Shown: positions 31,911-41,534, counted from the first letter of the stretch. The stretch is 64,000 nucleotides of DNA from an uncultured Planctomycetota bacterium (GCA_963841915.1 CAWJEN010000006.1:1344001-1408000), one strand, 5' to 3'. Numbers and translations: made by a program. The notes: generated by a model from the sequence alone, not told the origin.

Positions 31911-31995
31911 GAGATGAGTGACGAGAGATGAGCAACGAGTAGCAGAAAGGTGAATAAGGCCGCTTTGCCTCTCGTTACTCATCTCTCGTCTCTCG
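31911..31995. repeat. Heptamer-built inverted repeat element, copy 2
   Basis: GAGATGAGTGACGAGAGATGAGCAACGA...; 31967-31995 is identical over 29 nt to 24857-24885. Confidence 0.8.
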
Positions 31996-31998
31996 CCA

Positions 31999-33048
31999 CT
32001 AAACGAGCAGCTCCTTGTCCCCGCCACGACCTTCGATGACGATGTCGCCGCTGTCCTCGAGTCGGCGGACGATGTCCACGACCTTTTGCTGGGCCTGCTC
32101 GACGTCGGTGACGCGGACCGGGCCCATGAACTGCATGTCTTCCTGGACGAGCTTGCTGGCCCGTTCGCTCATGTTGCGGAAGATCTTCTGCTTGAGGTCT
32201 TCGCTGGCCGTCTTGAGACTCAGCGACAGCGTGTCGTTGTCGACGTCCTTGAGCACCTGCTGAATGCCCTTGTCGTTGACGAGCAGAATGTCCTCGAAGA
32301 CGAACATGAGGCGGCGGATGCCCTCGACCAGATCCGGGTCGTCGGCCTCGAGGCCTTCCATGATGCTCTTCTCGGTCGCGCGGTCGGCGAGGTTGAGAAT
32401 CTCCGCCACGCTCTCGACGCCGCCGGTCTTTTCGAAGCTTTGGGAGACGATGTCGCTGAGGCGGTGCTCGAGGCCCTTTTCGACTTCTTTGATGACTTCC
32501 GGGTTCGTCGTCTCCATGTTGGCGACGCGTTTGACGACCTCCACCTGCTTTTGCGGCGGAAGACTGCCGAGAATCTCGCTCGACTTGCTGGCCGGCAGGT
32601 GGGCGACGATGAGGGCGATCGTCTGCGGGTGCTCGTCTTGGATGAAGGCCATCAAGTTCGCACTGTCAGCCTTTTGCAAGAAGCTGAACGGCGTCGTCTG
32701 GACCTGCTGCGTGACCTGCTTGATCACACGGTCGGCGTCTTCGCCGAGACTGGCGGTAAGCAGTCGCTTCGTGTACTCGAGCCCGCCTTCACTGATGTAG
32801 CTGTTGGCCAGCGCGAGGTTGTAGAACTCATTGAAGACGTCTCTGCGGTCGTTGGGCTGCACACCGCCGAGGGCGGCAATTTCACGGCCGACCTGTTCGA
32901 CGGCTTCGGGTGGCAGGCGACGCAGCACGTCAGCCGCCTCGCCCTCACTCAGGCCCAGCAGAAGCACTGCCGCTTTACGCAGGCCGCTCATCGGCGCACC
33001 CGGAAGTTCGGCGGGGGCGTCGGGGGGCAGTTCGGATACAACGGGCAT
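31999..33048 (-). CDS. fliG: Flagellar motor switch protein FliG
   Basis: KAAVLLLGL, EHPQTIALI, GGVESVAEILN, MFVFED and NMSERA motifs. Confidence 0.97.
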   Translation of the reverse strand: MPVVSELPPDAPAELPGAPMSGLRKAAVLLLGLSEGEAADVLRRLPPEAVEQVGREIAALGGVQPNDRRDVFNEFYNLALANSYISEGGLEYTKRLLTASLGEDADRVIKQVTQQVQTTPFSFLQKADSANLMAFIQDEHPQTIALIVAHLPASKSSEILGSLPPQKQVEVVKRVANMETTNPEVIKEVEKGLEHRLSDIVSQSFEKTGGVESVAEILNLADRATEKSIMEGLEADDPDLVEGIRRLMFVFEDILLVNDKGIQQVLKDVDNDTLSLSLKTASEDLKQKIFRNMSERASKLVQEDMQFMGPVRVTDVEQAQQKVVDIVRRLEDSGDIVIEGRGGDKELLV

Positions 33049-33071
33049 GACGGGCTATGGAGTGACTTCGA

Positions 33072-34778
33072 CTAGCTGTTGTTGATCCAACGCTTCACCA
33101 GCTGGGCGGCGGCGTCGGGGTTTTCTTTCACGAGCGACTGCACCTGCTCGACCATCTGGCCGGCCTCGAGCTGCTCTTCGGCAATCTCCTGACCCACCAG
33201 CAGCGGGTCGGCACCAAGGGCGTCGGCGATGTCGTCCTCGGCCGAGATGTTCAGACCGCGGCGGGATGTCAGTGCGGCGAGGCCTTCGGCGTCGACGGTG
33301 CCGAGCGACTCACTTCGCGGGGCCGGTGCTTTGCGGGCGATGCCGCTGACGAAGAACAAGGCCACTGCGGCCAGACCGACAACCGCCGCCGGGCGGCCGT
33401 ACTCACCGACCATTGCGGCGATATTCAATCCACCGGCTTCTGCCGTTGTGTTTCCATCGAGCAGGCCGGGAATCGGCTGCTCATTTGTCAAGGCTGCGTC
33501 GGCGTAGGTCACGACCATCACGCCCTGTTCACCAATGCCGGCCAGCAGCGTGCGCGCCTGGTCGGCGATCTGCTGGCGGACGACGGTCTCATACTCGCGG
33601 AGAATCTCCGGCGTCGGCTCGGCTGGCGTGCTGGCCTGGTCGGCGGCAGCTTGACGGCCCTGCCACTGCGTCCGCACCCAGCTCAGCGGGAGCGACACGG
33701 TGCAGCTCGACGGTGTCGGTAACCCGCCGCGGCTGAAGATCTCTGTCTGCGTCCGCGGGATCGCAACCTGGTTCCGCTCCTCGAGGGTCCGGCGGTCACG
33801 GCTTTCGCCACCACCACCGTCACCGCGAATGCTGAGCGCCGAGTTCGGGTTGAGCCCGGCTTCGCCCCAGCTGTCGCCGCTGGAAACGGACTCGACGGTC
33901 GATTCTTCGGTGGTCGACAGCGGTACAACCACCTTGCCGTCACTGTCGAACTCTTCGACGTACGTGCGTGTGGTGTCATTGGAAACGTCGACGCTCACGG
34001 CGACGCGTAGTCCCGGGATGTAGCCGAGCTGGTTGAGCAGCTTGTTTTCCCACTTCTTTTCTGCCCGAGCCTGCAGGTCGAGCAGGCGACTGCCACCACC
34101 GACGACGGAGTCTTCTTCGGTCGAATCGATGAGGCGGCCGTCGATGATCGTTTCGACGTTCGACGGGTCGAGCATCGGGAACGCACCGGCAACAAGGTGC
34201 GTGGCGGCTTCGGCAAGCTTGTCAGGGTTGGTGCTGCCACCGGTGGAGGTCAGCGTGATTCCGGCGGTCGGCATGATGTCGCCACCGACTTGCCGCTTGT
34301 ACTGCTCGTTGACGTGAACACGCGCGTCGCGAACGCCCGGCCACCTTTTGATGGCGTCGGCCAGAGCATCCTGACGAGCGCTGAGGATCGTCAACTCGAT
34401 CTTTTTATGCGGGTCGAAGCTACCAATTTGCCCCAGGGCCTTGTCGAAGTGACGGGTCAGGTCACCGGGCAAGGCACGCTCCAGGGCGAGCATCGAAACG
34501 ACTTCGTCGCGCTTGACGGCTGGCACGTAGATCGTGTCACCTTCAACGCGAAACTCGATGGAATTACGGCCGAGCAGGTTGCGGATATGGCCGACTTGCT
34601 CGGCGTCGAGCGGTTGCTCCAGGAGCCGGACCTGCTCACCGACGGCTGCGTAACGAGTCGACCAGACGACGGTGATCACCATGATCGCCAGCAGGCTGGC
34701 AGCGAGCATCTTCTGGCTCGGCGTGAGTCCGCCGAGTTGCCGTTGAATGTCGGCGAGTTGTTGCCTGATGCGGTCCAT
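33072..34778 (-). CDS. fliF: Flagellar MS-ring protein FliF
   Basis: Two TM segments flanking a large periplasmic region; C-terminal ENPDAAAQLVKRW; lies between fliE and fliG. Confidence 0.9.
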   Translation of the reverse strand: MDRIRQQLADIQRQLGGLTPSQKMLAASLLAIMVITVVWSTRYAAVGEQVRLLEQPLDAEQVGHIRNLLGRNSIEFRVEGDTIYVPAVKRDEVVSMLALERALPGDLTRHFDKALGQIGSFDPHKKIELTILSARQDALADAIKRWPGVRDARVHVNEQYKRQVGGDIMPTAGITLTSTGGSTNPDKLAEAATHLVAGAFPMLDPSNVETIIDGRLIDSTEEDSVVGGGSRLLDLQARAEKKWENKLLNQLGYIPGLRVAVSVDVSNDTTRTYVEEFDSDGKVVVPLSTTEESTVESVSSGDSWGEAGLNPNSALSIRGDGGGGESRDRRTLEERNQVAIPRTQTEIFSRGGLPTPSSCTVSLPLSWVRTQWQGRQAAADQASTPAEPTPEILREYETVVRQQIADQARTLLAGIGEQGVMVVTYADAALTNEQPIPGLLDGNTTAEAGGLNIAAMVGEYGRPAAVVGLAAVALFFVSGIARKAPAPRSESLGTVDAEGLAALTSRRGLNISAEDDIADALGADPLLVGQEIAEEQLEAGQMVEQVQSLVKENPDAAAQLVKRWINNS

Positions 34779-34862
34779 GGGGTTCGGGCCGTCCGTGGCC
34801 CTGGTGCGAAGGTGGTCGCCTTGGGTCGTCCTGACCCGTTACCGACAGAGTCCGTACGCCGG

Positions 34863-35165
34863 TCAGACCGGCATGTTCCGTAGCTCATCAAAAGCCGACA
34901 TCAGCTTCGATCGGACGGCCAGCAACGTCTTGAAGGCAAGATCGGCCTTCTCGACCGAAGCCAGCGTGCCGACGACGTCGTCGGTCTCGCCCAGCGCCAG
35001 CTTTTGCGACGCGTTTGCGGCCTCGTGCTGGAGATTGCTCACGCCCAAGAACCCCTGCTTGGCTGCGTCGAACAGTGCCGAGAATCCACTGGCGTTGGAG
35101 ACCTGAGCCGGTGACGCGGACGCGCCCAGAGGTGGCAGGGACGGAATGGCTTGGATCGTGGTCAT
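34863..35165 (-). CDS. fliE: Flagellar hook-basal body protein FliE
   Basis: EKADLAFKTLLAVRSKLMSAFDELRNMPV C-terminus. Confidence 0.95.
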   Translation of the reverse strand: MTTIQAIPSLPPLGASASPAQVSNASGFSALFDAAKQGFLGVSNLQHEAANASQKLALGETDDVVGTLASVEKADLAFKTLLAVRSKLMSAFDELRNMPV

Positions 35166-35349
35166 CGCGGTCTTCCTTGACTACGCGCTTCCCGAAGGAG
35201 CTTGACTTGTGCGGCCGTCGAAGGCGTCATCGTGACGCCCGATAACTCGCCGGCCGGGGTGACAGGCTACCAAGCCTTCGCGGTGGAACAAGTCAAATGC
35301 CCTTGAAAAGCGTTGTTTGGTAAGGGTTCGGTAGGTGGTCAACAAAGCT

Positions 35350-35757
35350 TCAAGCGATCATCCGCAGGGCGCTGTTGAACATCGCCTTGGTCGTCTGCAT
35401 GAGGCTGACGTTGGCTTCGTAAGCACGACTGGCCTCCATCATGTTGACGTATTCGGTACCGACGTCGACGTTGGGCGTCTTGACAAGCCCTGTGGCGGCG
35501 TCGGCGTCGGGGTGGCCCGGCTCGTACCGCTCGCCGAACGGGCGAGGGTCCTGCTTGATCTGGCTCACGTGGACACCCGGTGCATTGTTGCCGTTGGTGT
35601 CACCGGCCTCGAGCACCGCAAACCGGCGGCGGTAAGGGATCGACTCGCCGTCGGCGTTGCGGGTCGTGTTGGCGTTGAGCACGTTGCCGGCGATGGTGTC
35701 CATGCGGGTACGCTGTGCCCGCAGGCCTGCCGTCGTGATGTCGAGGGTGCTGAACAT
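35350..35757 (-). CDS. flgC: Flagellar basal-body rod protein FlgC
   Basis: GLRAQRTRMDTIAGNVLNANTTR, YEPGHPDA and ASRAYEAN motifs. Confidence 0.97.
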   Translation of the reverse strand: MFSTLDITTAGLRAQRTRMDTIAGNVLNANTTRNADGESIPYRRRFAVLEAGDTNGNNAPGVHVSQIKQDPRPFGERYEPGHPDADAATGLVKTPNVDVGTEYVNMMEASRAYEANVSLMQTTKAMFNSALRMIA

Positions 35758-35774
35758 GGTGTTTGGGTTCGAGC

Positions 35775-36176
35775 TCAGGCGACGCGTTCGCGGATCGCCA
35801 TCTGGAAGGTGCTGTATTGCTTGCGGAGCAGTTCGACACTGAGGTTGTGACGAAGGGCATTGGTCGCCTGGTCACCGAGCAGTTGTTCGGCCGAACGGTC
35901 GTTGCCGTCGTGGAAGACGACGCCGCCGAGGCGTGGATCGCGATCCATGGCCGGGGCGTCGAGCTGGCTGAAGTCGGCGGCACCGGTGCGATCCCGTTCG
36001 TCGATTCGCTTGCGAAGCGACTCGCGGAAGCCGTCGACATCGAGGTCCTTTTGCTTGAAGCCGGGCGTCGAGATGTTGACGATGTTGTCGGCCAACACGC
36101 TGTGCCGGGCGGCGTGGAAGCTGGCGGTCCGCTGAAGCGTTGCGGCGGCGGACTGGTTGAGCAGGTGGTCGATCAT
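35775..36176 (-). CDS. flgB: Flagellar basal-body rod protein FlgB
   Basis: RHSVLADNIVNISTPGFKQKDL and HDGNDRSAE motifs. Confidence 0.95.
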   Translation of the reverse strand: MIDHLLNQSAAATLQRTASFHAARHSVLADNIVNISTPGFKQKDLDVDGFRESLRKRIDERDRTGAADFSQLDAPAMDRDPRLGGVVFHDGNDRSAEQLLGDQATNALRHNLSVELLRKQYSTFQMAIRERVA

Positions 36177-36197
36177 CAAGGGTCTCCGTTACCTCGG

Positions 36198-36226
36198 TTA
36201 TCGGTCGTGCCCTCGTGAATGCTTTA
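36198..36226 (-). promoter_or_regulatory. Putative sigma28-type promoter upstream of flgB
   Basis: Minus strand TAAAG-N16-ACCGATAA. Confidence 0.55.
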
Positions 36227-36351
36227 TCGGACGCGTTGACTTTTTTATGTGGCGGCGTCATGCTGCCTGCCCATCGCCCGGCGTGGCGCGGCAGGATGCC
36301 GCCCTTCCACCCGCCGAGCTTCGCCTCACTTCGACCACCGGCAAGGACGCC

Positions 36352-38901
36352 ATGGCTAAGTCGAGCCCGTCGGACTTTGGCTCCGATTACGTTCACCAGC
36401 ACACCCGCAACCCGATCGCCGGTCTGTGGCAAATGCCGCTGCTGGTCGTGTCGCTGGGTCTGTTTTCCCTGGCTGCTTATTTGCTGCTGGACCCGACGCC
36501 CGCGCCGCGCGTGGCCGAGGAGCTTGCCAAGGCGCATCGAGAGGTGCGCCAGGAGCGGTACGACGCGGCTGTCGAGCGGCTCAACGAGCTGGCCGCCCTG
36601 CCGCTGCCACCGGAGCAGAATGTCGAGACGCACCTGCTGACAGCCAAAGCGCTGGACGAGTCGATGCGGCGCAGCCGTCGGGCTGAGACACCGGCCACGC
36701 ACCGCCGTGTGCTGCAGGAGATTCGCACTGCCTTCGAAGAAGGTGCAAAGGACACGCCCGACGTGGCCGACCGCGAGGCACGGTCCTGGGAGTACCTCGG
36801 TGGTGTCGACAAGGCCGCGTCGCGTTGGCGGACGGCGGCACGCATGGCGACAGAGCTGGGCGAGCCGGCGCTGGCGGTGCCTATGCGTCGCAGTGCTGCC
36901 GAGATGCTCATCCACCACGGCCGCCCCGCCGCCGCCGCACAAGAGCTACGCGACCTGCTTCTGACCGACGGCCTAGCCGACGACGAAAAGGCGTGGGCTC
37001 TTGGAGAACTGGCTCGCCTTCGTATCGACGCCGAGCGGCCGGACGAGGCCATGCCGTTGCTTGCAGAAGCCCTTGCGTTGTCGCCCGACGACCGCATCCG
37101 CGGCCAGGTGAACTTCCGCCTGGGTTACGCAGCCTTCAAGCTTGGTAACCGTGACGAAGCACAAAGCTACCTGCTCGAGGCGCGTCGCCAACTCGGCACG
37201 GGGCACAGCCTTGACGCTGAAGCCAGCTACCTGCTCGGCCAGATTGCTCAGGCTGGCTTGACTTCGCCCGACGCCGACGTCGCCCAGGCGGCGGCCCGTG
37301 AAGCGTCAGGCTACTACGAAGTGGTCCTTCGCGACCACCCCAGCAGCCGGACGGCACCGCGGGCGCGGATGGGTCGCGCCGTGTCGCGGCTCGTTTTGGG
37401 TGATGCCAACGGCGGTGCTGACGATCTTCGACGGGCGGCGACGAAGGTGGCTGATCGGCCGAATCTGGCACCGCTGCGGGACGACCTGATCGAATCCCTC
37501 CGTCGTGCCGGGTCGGTGCTCGTTGCCAACGGTGATCATGCCCGCGACGAGGAGCAGGCGACGACTGCTTACGAGCTGGCCATCGAGATGATGGCCCTTG
37601 AGCAGCAGGCAACCTCCGCTGCGGGTCGGTCGGTCGACGCCGAATTTTATGCCCGTCTGGCCAGAGGTTTTGAGCGTCGCGGCGACCTGATGTACCCGTC
37701 CGACCTCAATCGCCAAGCCATCGCCGAGAACAAGGAACTTCGCGAGCAGGTCGAGGCAGCGCGGTCGCTGTGGGTGCACGCCGGTGACGCCCACGTCGCT
37801 CGAAGCCGCGCGTTGACACTCGTCGACGACGCGGCGTACGGCGAGGCATTGTGGCAAGGCGTGCGGCTCTACGAGCGGGCCGCCGACATGTACGAGATCA
37901 TCGCGGCGTTGGACCTGTTCGTGCGAGAACGGCCTAACGACCCGATCGCCCCCGAAGCCCTGCTGCGACTAGGCCGAGCGTATCAAGCCGCCGGTCAGCA
38001 GTCGGAAGCGTCGGTGACGTTCGTCGAACTGCGTGACGATCACCCGCAAACGCTCGCCGCCGCAGAAGCCGCCGTGCCGCTGGCTCAGGTCTACGTCAGC
38101 CAAGGCCGCGATCGCTGGCATCTGGCCGAGAACACGCTGCGCAGCGTTCTCGAGGACAACCCGGTCCTGGGCCCGGAGTCGCGTGTCTTTCAGTCTGCCA
38201 CGTGGGAGCTAGGCAGCTTGTACTACCGCATGGGCCGTTGGGGCGAAGCACTGTCGCGATACGAGGAGTACGCCGAGCGGTATGGCGAGTCGACGCAAGT
38301 GCCGACCGCCCGGTTGCTTTTCCTGCGGGCCGACTGTTACCGCCGAGCGGCCGGTGATCTGGCCGAGACGGCGTCGGACGCGCGGGTTGAGGCGCAAGTT
38401 GCCGCCGCGTCATCGCCGGACGGTCGCCGCGCGGGCACTTCTGCGTCTGCCCGTCGTGAAGCGGCGGCGTCGGCGGATCGTCGGTTGCGTTACCTGCAGG
38501 AGGCCAAGCGGCTGTTCGAAGCCGCCGTCACCGCCTACGCCGCCACACCCACAGCCGACGATGCGGCCGATCGTGACTTGGCCACGACCTATGAGCGGTT
38601 GGCGTGGTTTTACCGTGCCGACTGTCTGTACGACCTCGGCGAGTACGCCGCCGCCGTCGAGCTGTACGAGCAGGCCGCCTTCCGCTACCAGGACGACCCG
38701 TCGTCGCTGAGCGCTTACGTGCAGATTGTCAACAGCTACGTCGCCCTTGGCCGTCCCGAAGACGCTCGCACCGCCAACGAGCGTGCGAAATGGCTGCTCC
38801 GTCGGATTCCGCCCGAGCAGTTCCGCGACGGCAGCGTCGCACTCAACCGTCAGCAGTGGCAGGATTGGCTCGACTGGAGCGGCGAAACCGGACTCTTCTG
38901 A
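36352..38901 (+). CDS. Membrane-anchored tetratricopeptide-repeat protein
   Basis: N-terminal TM (LWQMPLLVVSLGLF), many TPR-like helix pairs, divergent from flgB. Start at ATG 36352 with AAGGA RBS. Confidence 0.85.
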   Translation: MAKSSPSDFGSDYVHQHTRNPIAGLWQMPLLVVSLGLFSLAAYLLLDPTPAPRVAEELAKAHREVRQERYDAAVERLNELAALPLPPEQNVETHLLTAKALDESMRRSRRAETPATHRRVLQEIRTAFEEGAKDTPDVADREARSWEYLGGVDKAASRWRTAARMATELGEPALAVPMRRSAAEMLIHHGRPAAAAQELRDLLLTDGLADDEKAWALGELARLRIDAERPDEAMPLLAEALALSPDDRIRGQVNFRLGYAAFKLGNRDEAQSYLLEARRQLGTGHSLDAEASYLLGQIAQAGLTSPDADVAQAAAREASGYYEVVLRDHPSSRTAPRARMGRAVSRLVLGDANGGADDLRRAATKVADRPNLAPLRDDLIESLRRAGSVLVANGDHARDEEQATTAYELAIEMMALEQQATSAAGRSVDAEFYARLARGFERRGDLMYPSDLNRQAIAENKELREQVEAARSLWVHAGDAHVARSRALTLVDDAAYGEALWQGVRLYERAADMYEIIAALDLFVRERPNDPIAPEALLRLGRAYQAAGQQSEASVTFVELRDDHPQTLAAAEAAVPLAQVYVSQGRDRWHLAENTLRSVLEDNPVLGPESRVFQSATWELGSLYYRMGRWGEALSRYEEYAERYGESTQVPTARLLFLRADCYRRAAGDLAETASDARVEAQVAAASSPDGRRAGTSASARREAAASADRRLRYLQEAKRLFEAAVTAYAATPTADDAADRDLATTYERLAWFYRADCLYDLGEYAAAVELYEQAAFRYQDDPSSLSAYVQIVNSYVALGRPEDARTANERAKWLLRRIPPEQFRDGSVALNRQQWQDWLDWSGETGLF

Positions 38902-39341
38902 TGCTTTCAGCCCTACGCGACCAGCTCGATTGCTACCGCCGCATGGCCGCCATGGCGGGTGAGCAGTCACGCGCCATCTTCGGCGGCGAGACCGACAAGC
39001 TTTTGGCGATCCTCGAGAAGCGCGAGGCGCTGACGAACGAGGTCGCCGAGCTCGAAAAGTCGATCGCCCCGCTCAAGCGAGATTGGCCCGCCTCAGCCGA
39101 CATGTGGAGCGACGCCGACCGGGACGAAGCGACTCGACTGCTCGGCCAGATCAAGGCCACGCTCGAGACGCTGACCAAGCAGGACGACAAAGACGCCGCA
39201 ACGCTCCGTGCCCGCATGGCTATGACGGGCGGCGCGTTGCAGAAGATCCAGGCCGACGACCGCAATGTCCGCCAGATCAACAGGCGCTACGCCGCCGCCG
39301 CTTATGCAAGGAAGCCGGGCAAGTTGAACGTCTCGAGCTGA
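38901..39341 (+). CDS. FlgN/FliT-like flagellar export chaperone
   Basis: ATG overlaps the TPR stop; all-helical 146 aa (QSRAIFGGETDKLLAILEKREAL...AAAAY). Confidence 0.6.
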   Translation: MLSALRDQLDCYRRMAAMAGEQSRAIFGGETDKLLAILEKREALTNEVAELEKSIAPLKRDWPASADMWSDADRDEATRLLGQIKATLETLTKQDDKDAATLRARMAMTGGALQKIQADDRNVRQINRRYAAAAYARKPGKLNVSS

Positions 39342-39397
39342 GCAAGGGGCAACACCAACGCAACACGACAGCCATCGGCGTGTCTTAGAACTCGGTC

Positions 39398-40180
39398 ATG
39401 AACTACTTTGCCCTGCTCCTTGCGTCGCTCTGTCTCATCGCCCCGGCTGATGCGGGTGACGTCAACGTCGACGGACTGCTCGCGAAGATGCACGAGGCAG
39501 GTCGCGACGTGCAGACGATGTCGGCCAAGGTTCGGCTGACCGACTACGACTTCAACACCGGCGAAGAAGTCGTCCGCCCCGGTCGCTTGGCCCTCAGGCG
39601 GGGCGACGCGCCGGCCGAAGCAGCTGTCTACATCGTCTTCACCGGCCGCGAGAGCGATCGCGGCTTCGAGGTCGAGAAGATCGAGTACCTTTTCGCCGAC
39701 GGCCAGCTCATCGACCGAAACCACCGCGTCAAGTCGCAGGTCATCCGCAAGTTGCCGCCCGAACAGCTTGAGCGCGACCCCTTTGCCCTCGGCGACGGCC
39801 CGTTTCCGATCCTCATCGGCCAAGACCCCGCGCGGGTCCGCGCGCTGTTCGAGATCAAGCTGGTCAACCCTGCCGTTGCGGCCGAGAACGATCTCGAGGT
39901 CGACGCGGTCGCCGACACTGTCCGCCTGCGACTGACGCCGCTCCCCGAGACGCAGTTCGCCGACCAGTACGAGCGGATTGAAGTCGACGTCGATCCGGCC
40001 ACCGGATTGGCCCGCCAGGTCATCACCTTCGACAAGCCGGAGGTGAACCTCCGCATCGCCGAGCTGACCGAGATCGCCCGGGACACGGAGCTGAAGCAGG
40101 ACGCCTTCGAGCTGGAAGACGTCGACCTTGCCGACGGCTGGAACGTGTCGGTGGAAGATCTCAACAAGCCGAAGGAGTGA
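39398..40180 (+). CDS. LolA-like periplasmic lipoprotein carrier/sorting protein
   Basis: Signal peptide, beta-rich LolA-like pattern, DPFALGDGPFPILIGQ motif. Confidence 0.6.
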   Translation: MNYFALLLASLCLIAPADAGDVNVDGLLAKMHEAGRDVQTMSAKVRLTDYDFNTGEEVVRPGRLALRRGDAPAEAAVYIVFTGRESDRGFEVEKIEYLFADGQLIDRNHRVKSQVIRKLPPEQLERDPFALGDGPFPILIGQDPARVRALFEIKLVNPAVAAENDLEVDAVADTVRLRLTPLPETQFADQYERIEVDVDPATGLARQVITFDKPEVNLRIAELTEIARDTELKQDAFELEDVDLADGWNVSVEDLNKPKE

Positions 40181-40222
40181 CGAATCGGGTCGGTCGCCGG
40201 TTGCTTGCGCTAGCGTGGCCAC

Positions 40223-41038
40223 ATGCCAGAGGGCCACACGATTCACCGGGCGGCGAAGGATCAACGGCCGCTTATTGGGGGGAAAATGCTTCAAGTGACC
40301 GCGCCGGACGGGCGCTGCACCGAGATCGCCCAGCGGCTGGACGGGCGGACGCTCAAGCGCATCGAGCCGATTGGCAAGCATCTGTTCTACCACTTCGATG
40401 GGGCCGACCCGAAGACGGTGCACGTGCATTTGGCACTGCTCGGCAAGTTTCGCCTGCACAAGACGAAAGCGGCGGAGCCATATGGAGCGGTTCGCGTGCG
40501 ATTCGATGCGGGAGACACAGCCGTTGATATTGTCGCGGCCAGGGCGTGCGAGCTGTTCGACAGGAAAGCGACGCAGGCGATCAAGGCGCGGATCGGGCCG
40601 GACCCGTTGAATCCGAAGGCCGACGCGGAAAGAGCCTGGCGGCGCATCAGCAAGTCGGCCGCCCCCATTGGTGGACTGCTCATGGATCAGAAAGTGATCA
40701 GCGGCATCGGCAACATCTACCGGGCCGAGATTCTGTTCCGCCAGCAAGTGCCGCCACGGCTGCCGGGTAAGGAACTCTCGCGTGAGACGTTCGACGCCAT
40801 CTGGACCGACAGCGTCGAGCTGCTCAAGCTCGGCGTGAGGTACGACCGCATCATCACGGTCACCCGCGAGTTCGCCAAAGAGCGGTTCGGCAAGACCTAC
40901 GCAAAGCTCGCCAGGCGGGAGCGGTGGTACGTCTACAAGCATGACACCTGCCCGCATACGGGCGGCCCCGTCGAGACATTCGACATTGCCAACCGGACCG
41001 TCTACTGGTCGCCGCTTTGGCAGACGAGGACGGAGTGA
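40223..41038 (+). CDS. nei: Fpg/Nei family DNA glycosylase (Nei-like)
   Basis: MPEGHTIHR, GKHLF, VHLALLG and LLMDQKVISGIGNIYRAEILF (H2TH); degenerate C-terminal finger. Confidence 0.9.
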   Translation: MPEGHTIHRAAKDQRPLIGGKMLQVTAPDGRCTEIAQRLDGRTLKRIEPIGKHLFYHFDGADPKTVHVHLALLGKFRLHKTKAAEPYGAVRVRFDAGDTAVDIVAARACELFDRKATQAIKARIGPDPLNPKADAERAWRRISKSAAPIGGLLMDQKVISGIGNIYRAEILFRQQVPPRLPGKELSRETFDAIWTDSVELLKLGVRYDRIITVTREFAKERFGKTYAKLARRERWYVYKHDTCPHTGGPVETFDIANRTVYWSPLWQTRTE

Positions 41039-41117
41039 GAGATGAGTAACGAGAGACGAGGAACTAGGCCAGATTCCGGCTCTGCCTCTCGTTGCTCGTC
41101 TCTCGTTGCTCGTCTCT
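41037..41117. repeat. Heptamer-built inverted repeat element, copy 3
   Basis: GAGAGATGAGTAACGAGAGACGAG...GCCTCTCGTTGCTCGTCTCTCGTTGCTCGTCTC, between convergent genes. Confidence 0.75.
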
Positions 41118-41120
41118 TAT

Positions 41121-41498
41121 CTAGTTCATCGGTCCGCCGATGTGGTCGAGCAGGCTGTTGAGGTCGATGGGCTTCGGGAAGAAGTCCGTCGCCGCTGCGT
41201 GGCCGGTGAGTTCGGTGATGACGCTGCGGTCGTACTGTCCGCTGATGGCCACCACGCGGCGTGGCCTGTTGCGGAGCGGGAGTCGATGTGTGGCGTCGAT
41301 CAATTCAAAGCCGTCCATACCACCCGGCAGGTGCAGGTCTGTCAGCAGGACATCAAAGCAGCCTTGGAGCAGGCGTTGTAGCCCCTCGCTGCCGTCACCA
41401 GCGGTGATGACCTCTGCGCCGGCACGACGGAGCAGCTTGGCCATGGCGGCCCGGGCGACCGGCTCATCTTCAACGAGAAGGATCCTCACGATCTGCAA
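41121..41498 (-). CDS. Single-domain response regulator
   Basis: ILLVEDE, LLTDLHLPGGMDG, AISG and PKP motifs. Confidence 0.92.
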   Translation of the reverse strand: MQIVRILLVEDEPVARAAMAKLLRRAGAEVITAGDGSEGLQRLLQGCFDVLLTDLHLPGGMDGFELIDATHRLPLRNRPRRVVAISGQYDRSVITELTGHAAATDFFPKPIDLNSLLDHIGGPMN

Positions 41499-41534
41499 GC
41501 GTAGGTCAGCCGTTTCGGTTCCACCTGAACCTTG

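Noticed and set aside
17356..36176. Non-flagellar type III secretion injectisome
   Set aside because: Hook, rod, FlhF/FlhG and FliA genes identify the cluster as flagellar.
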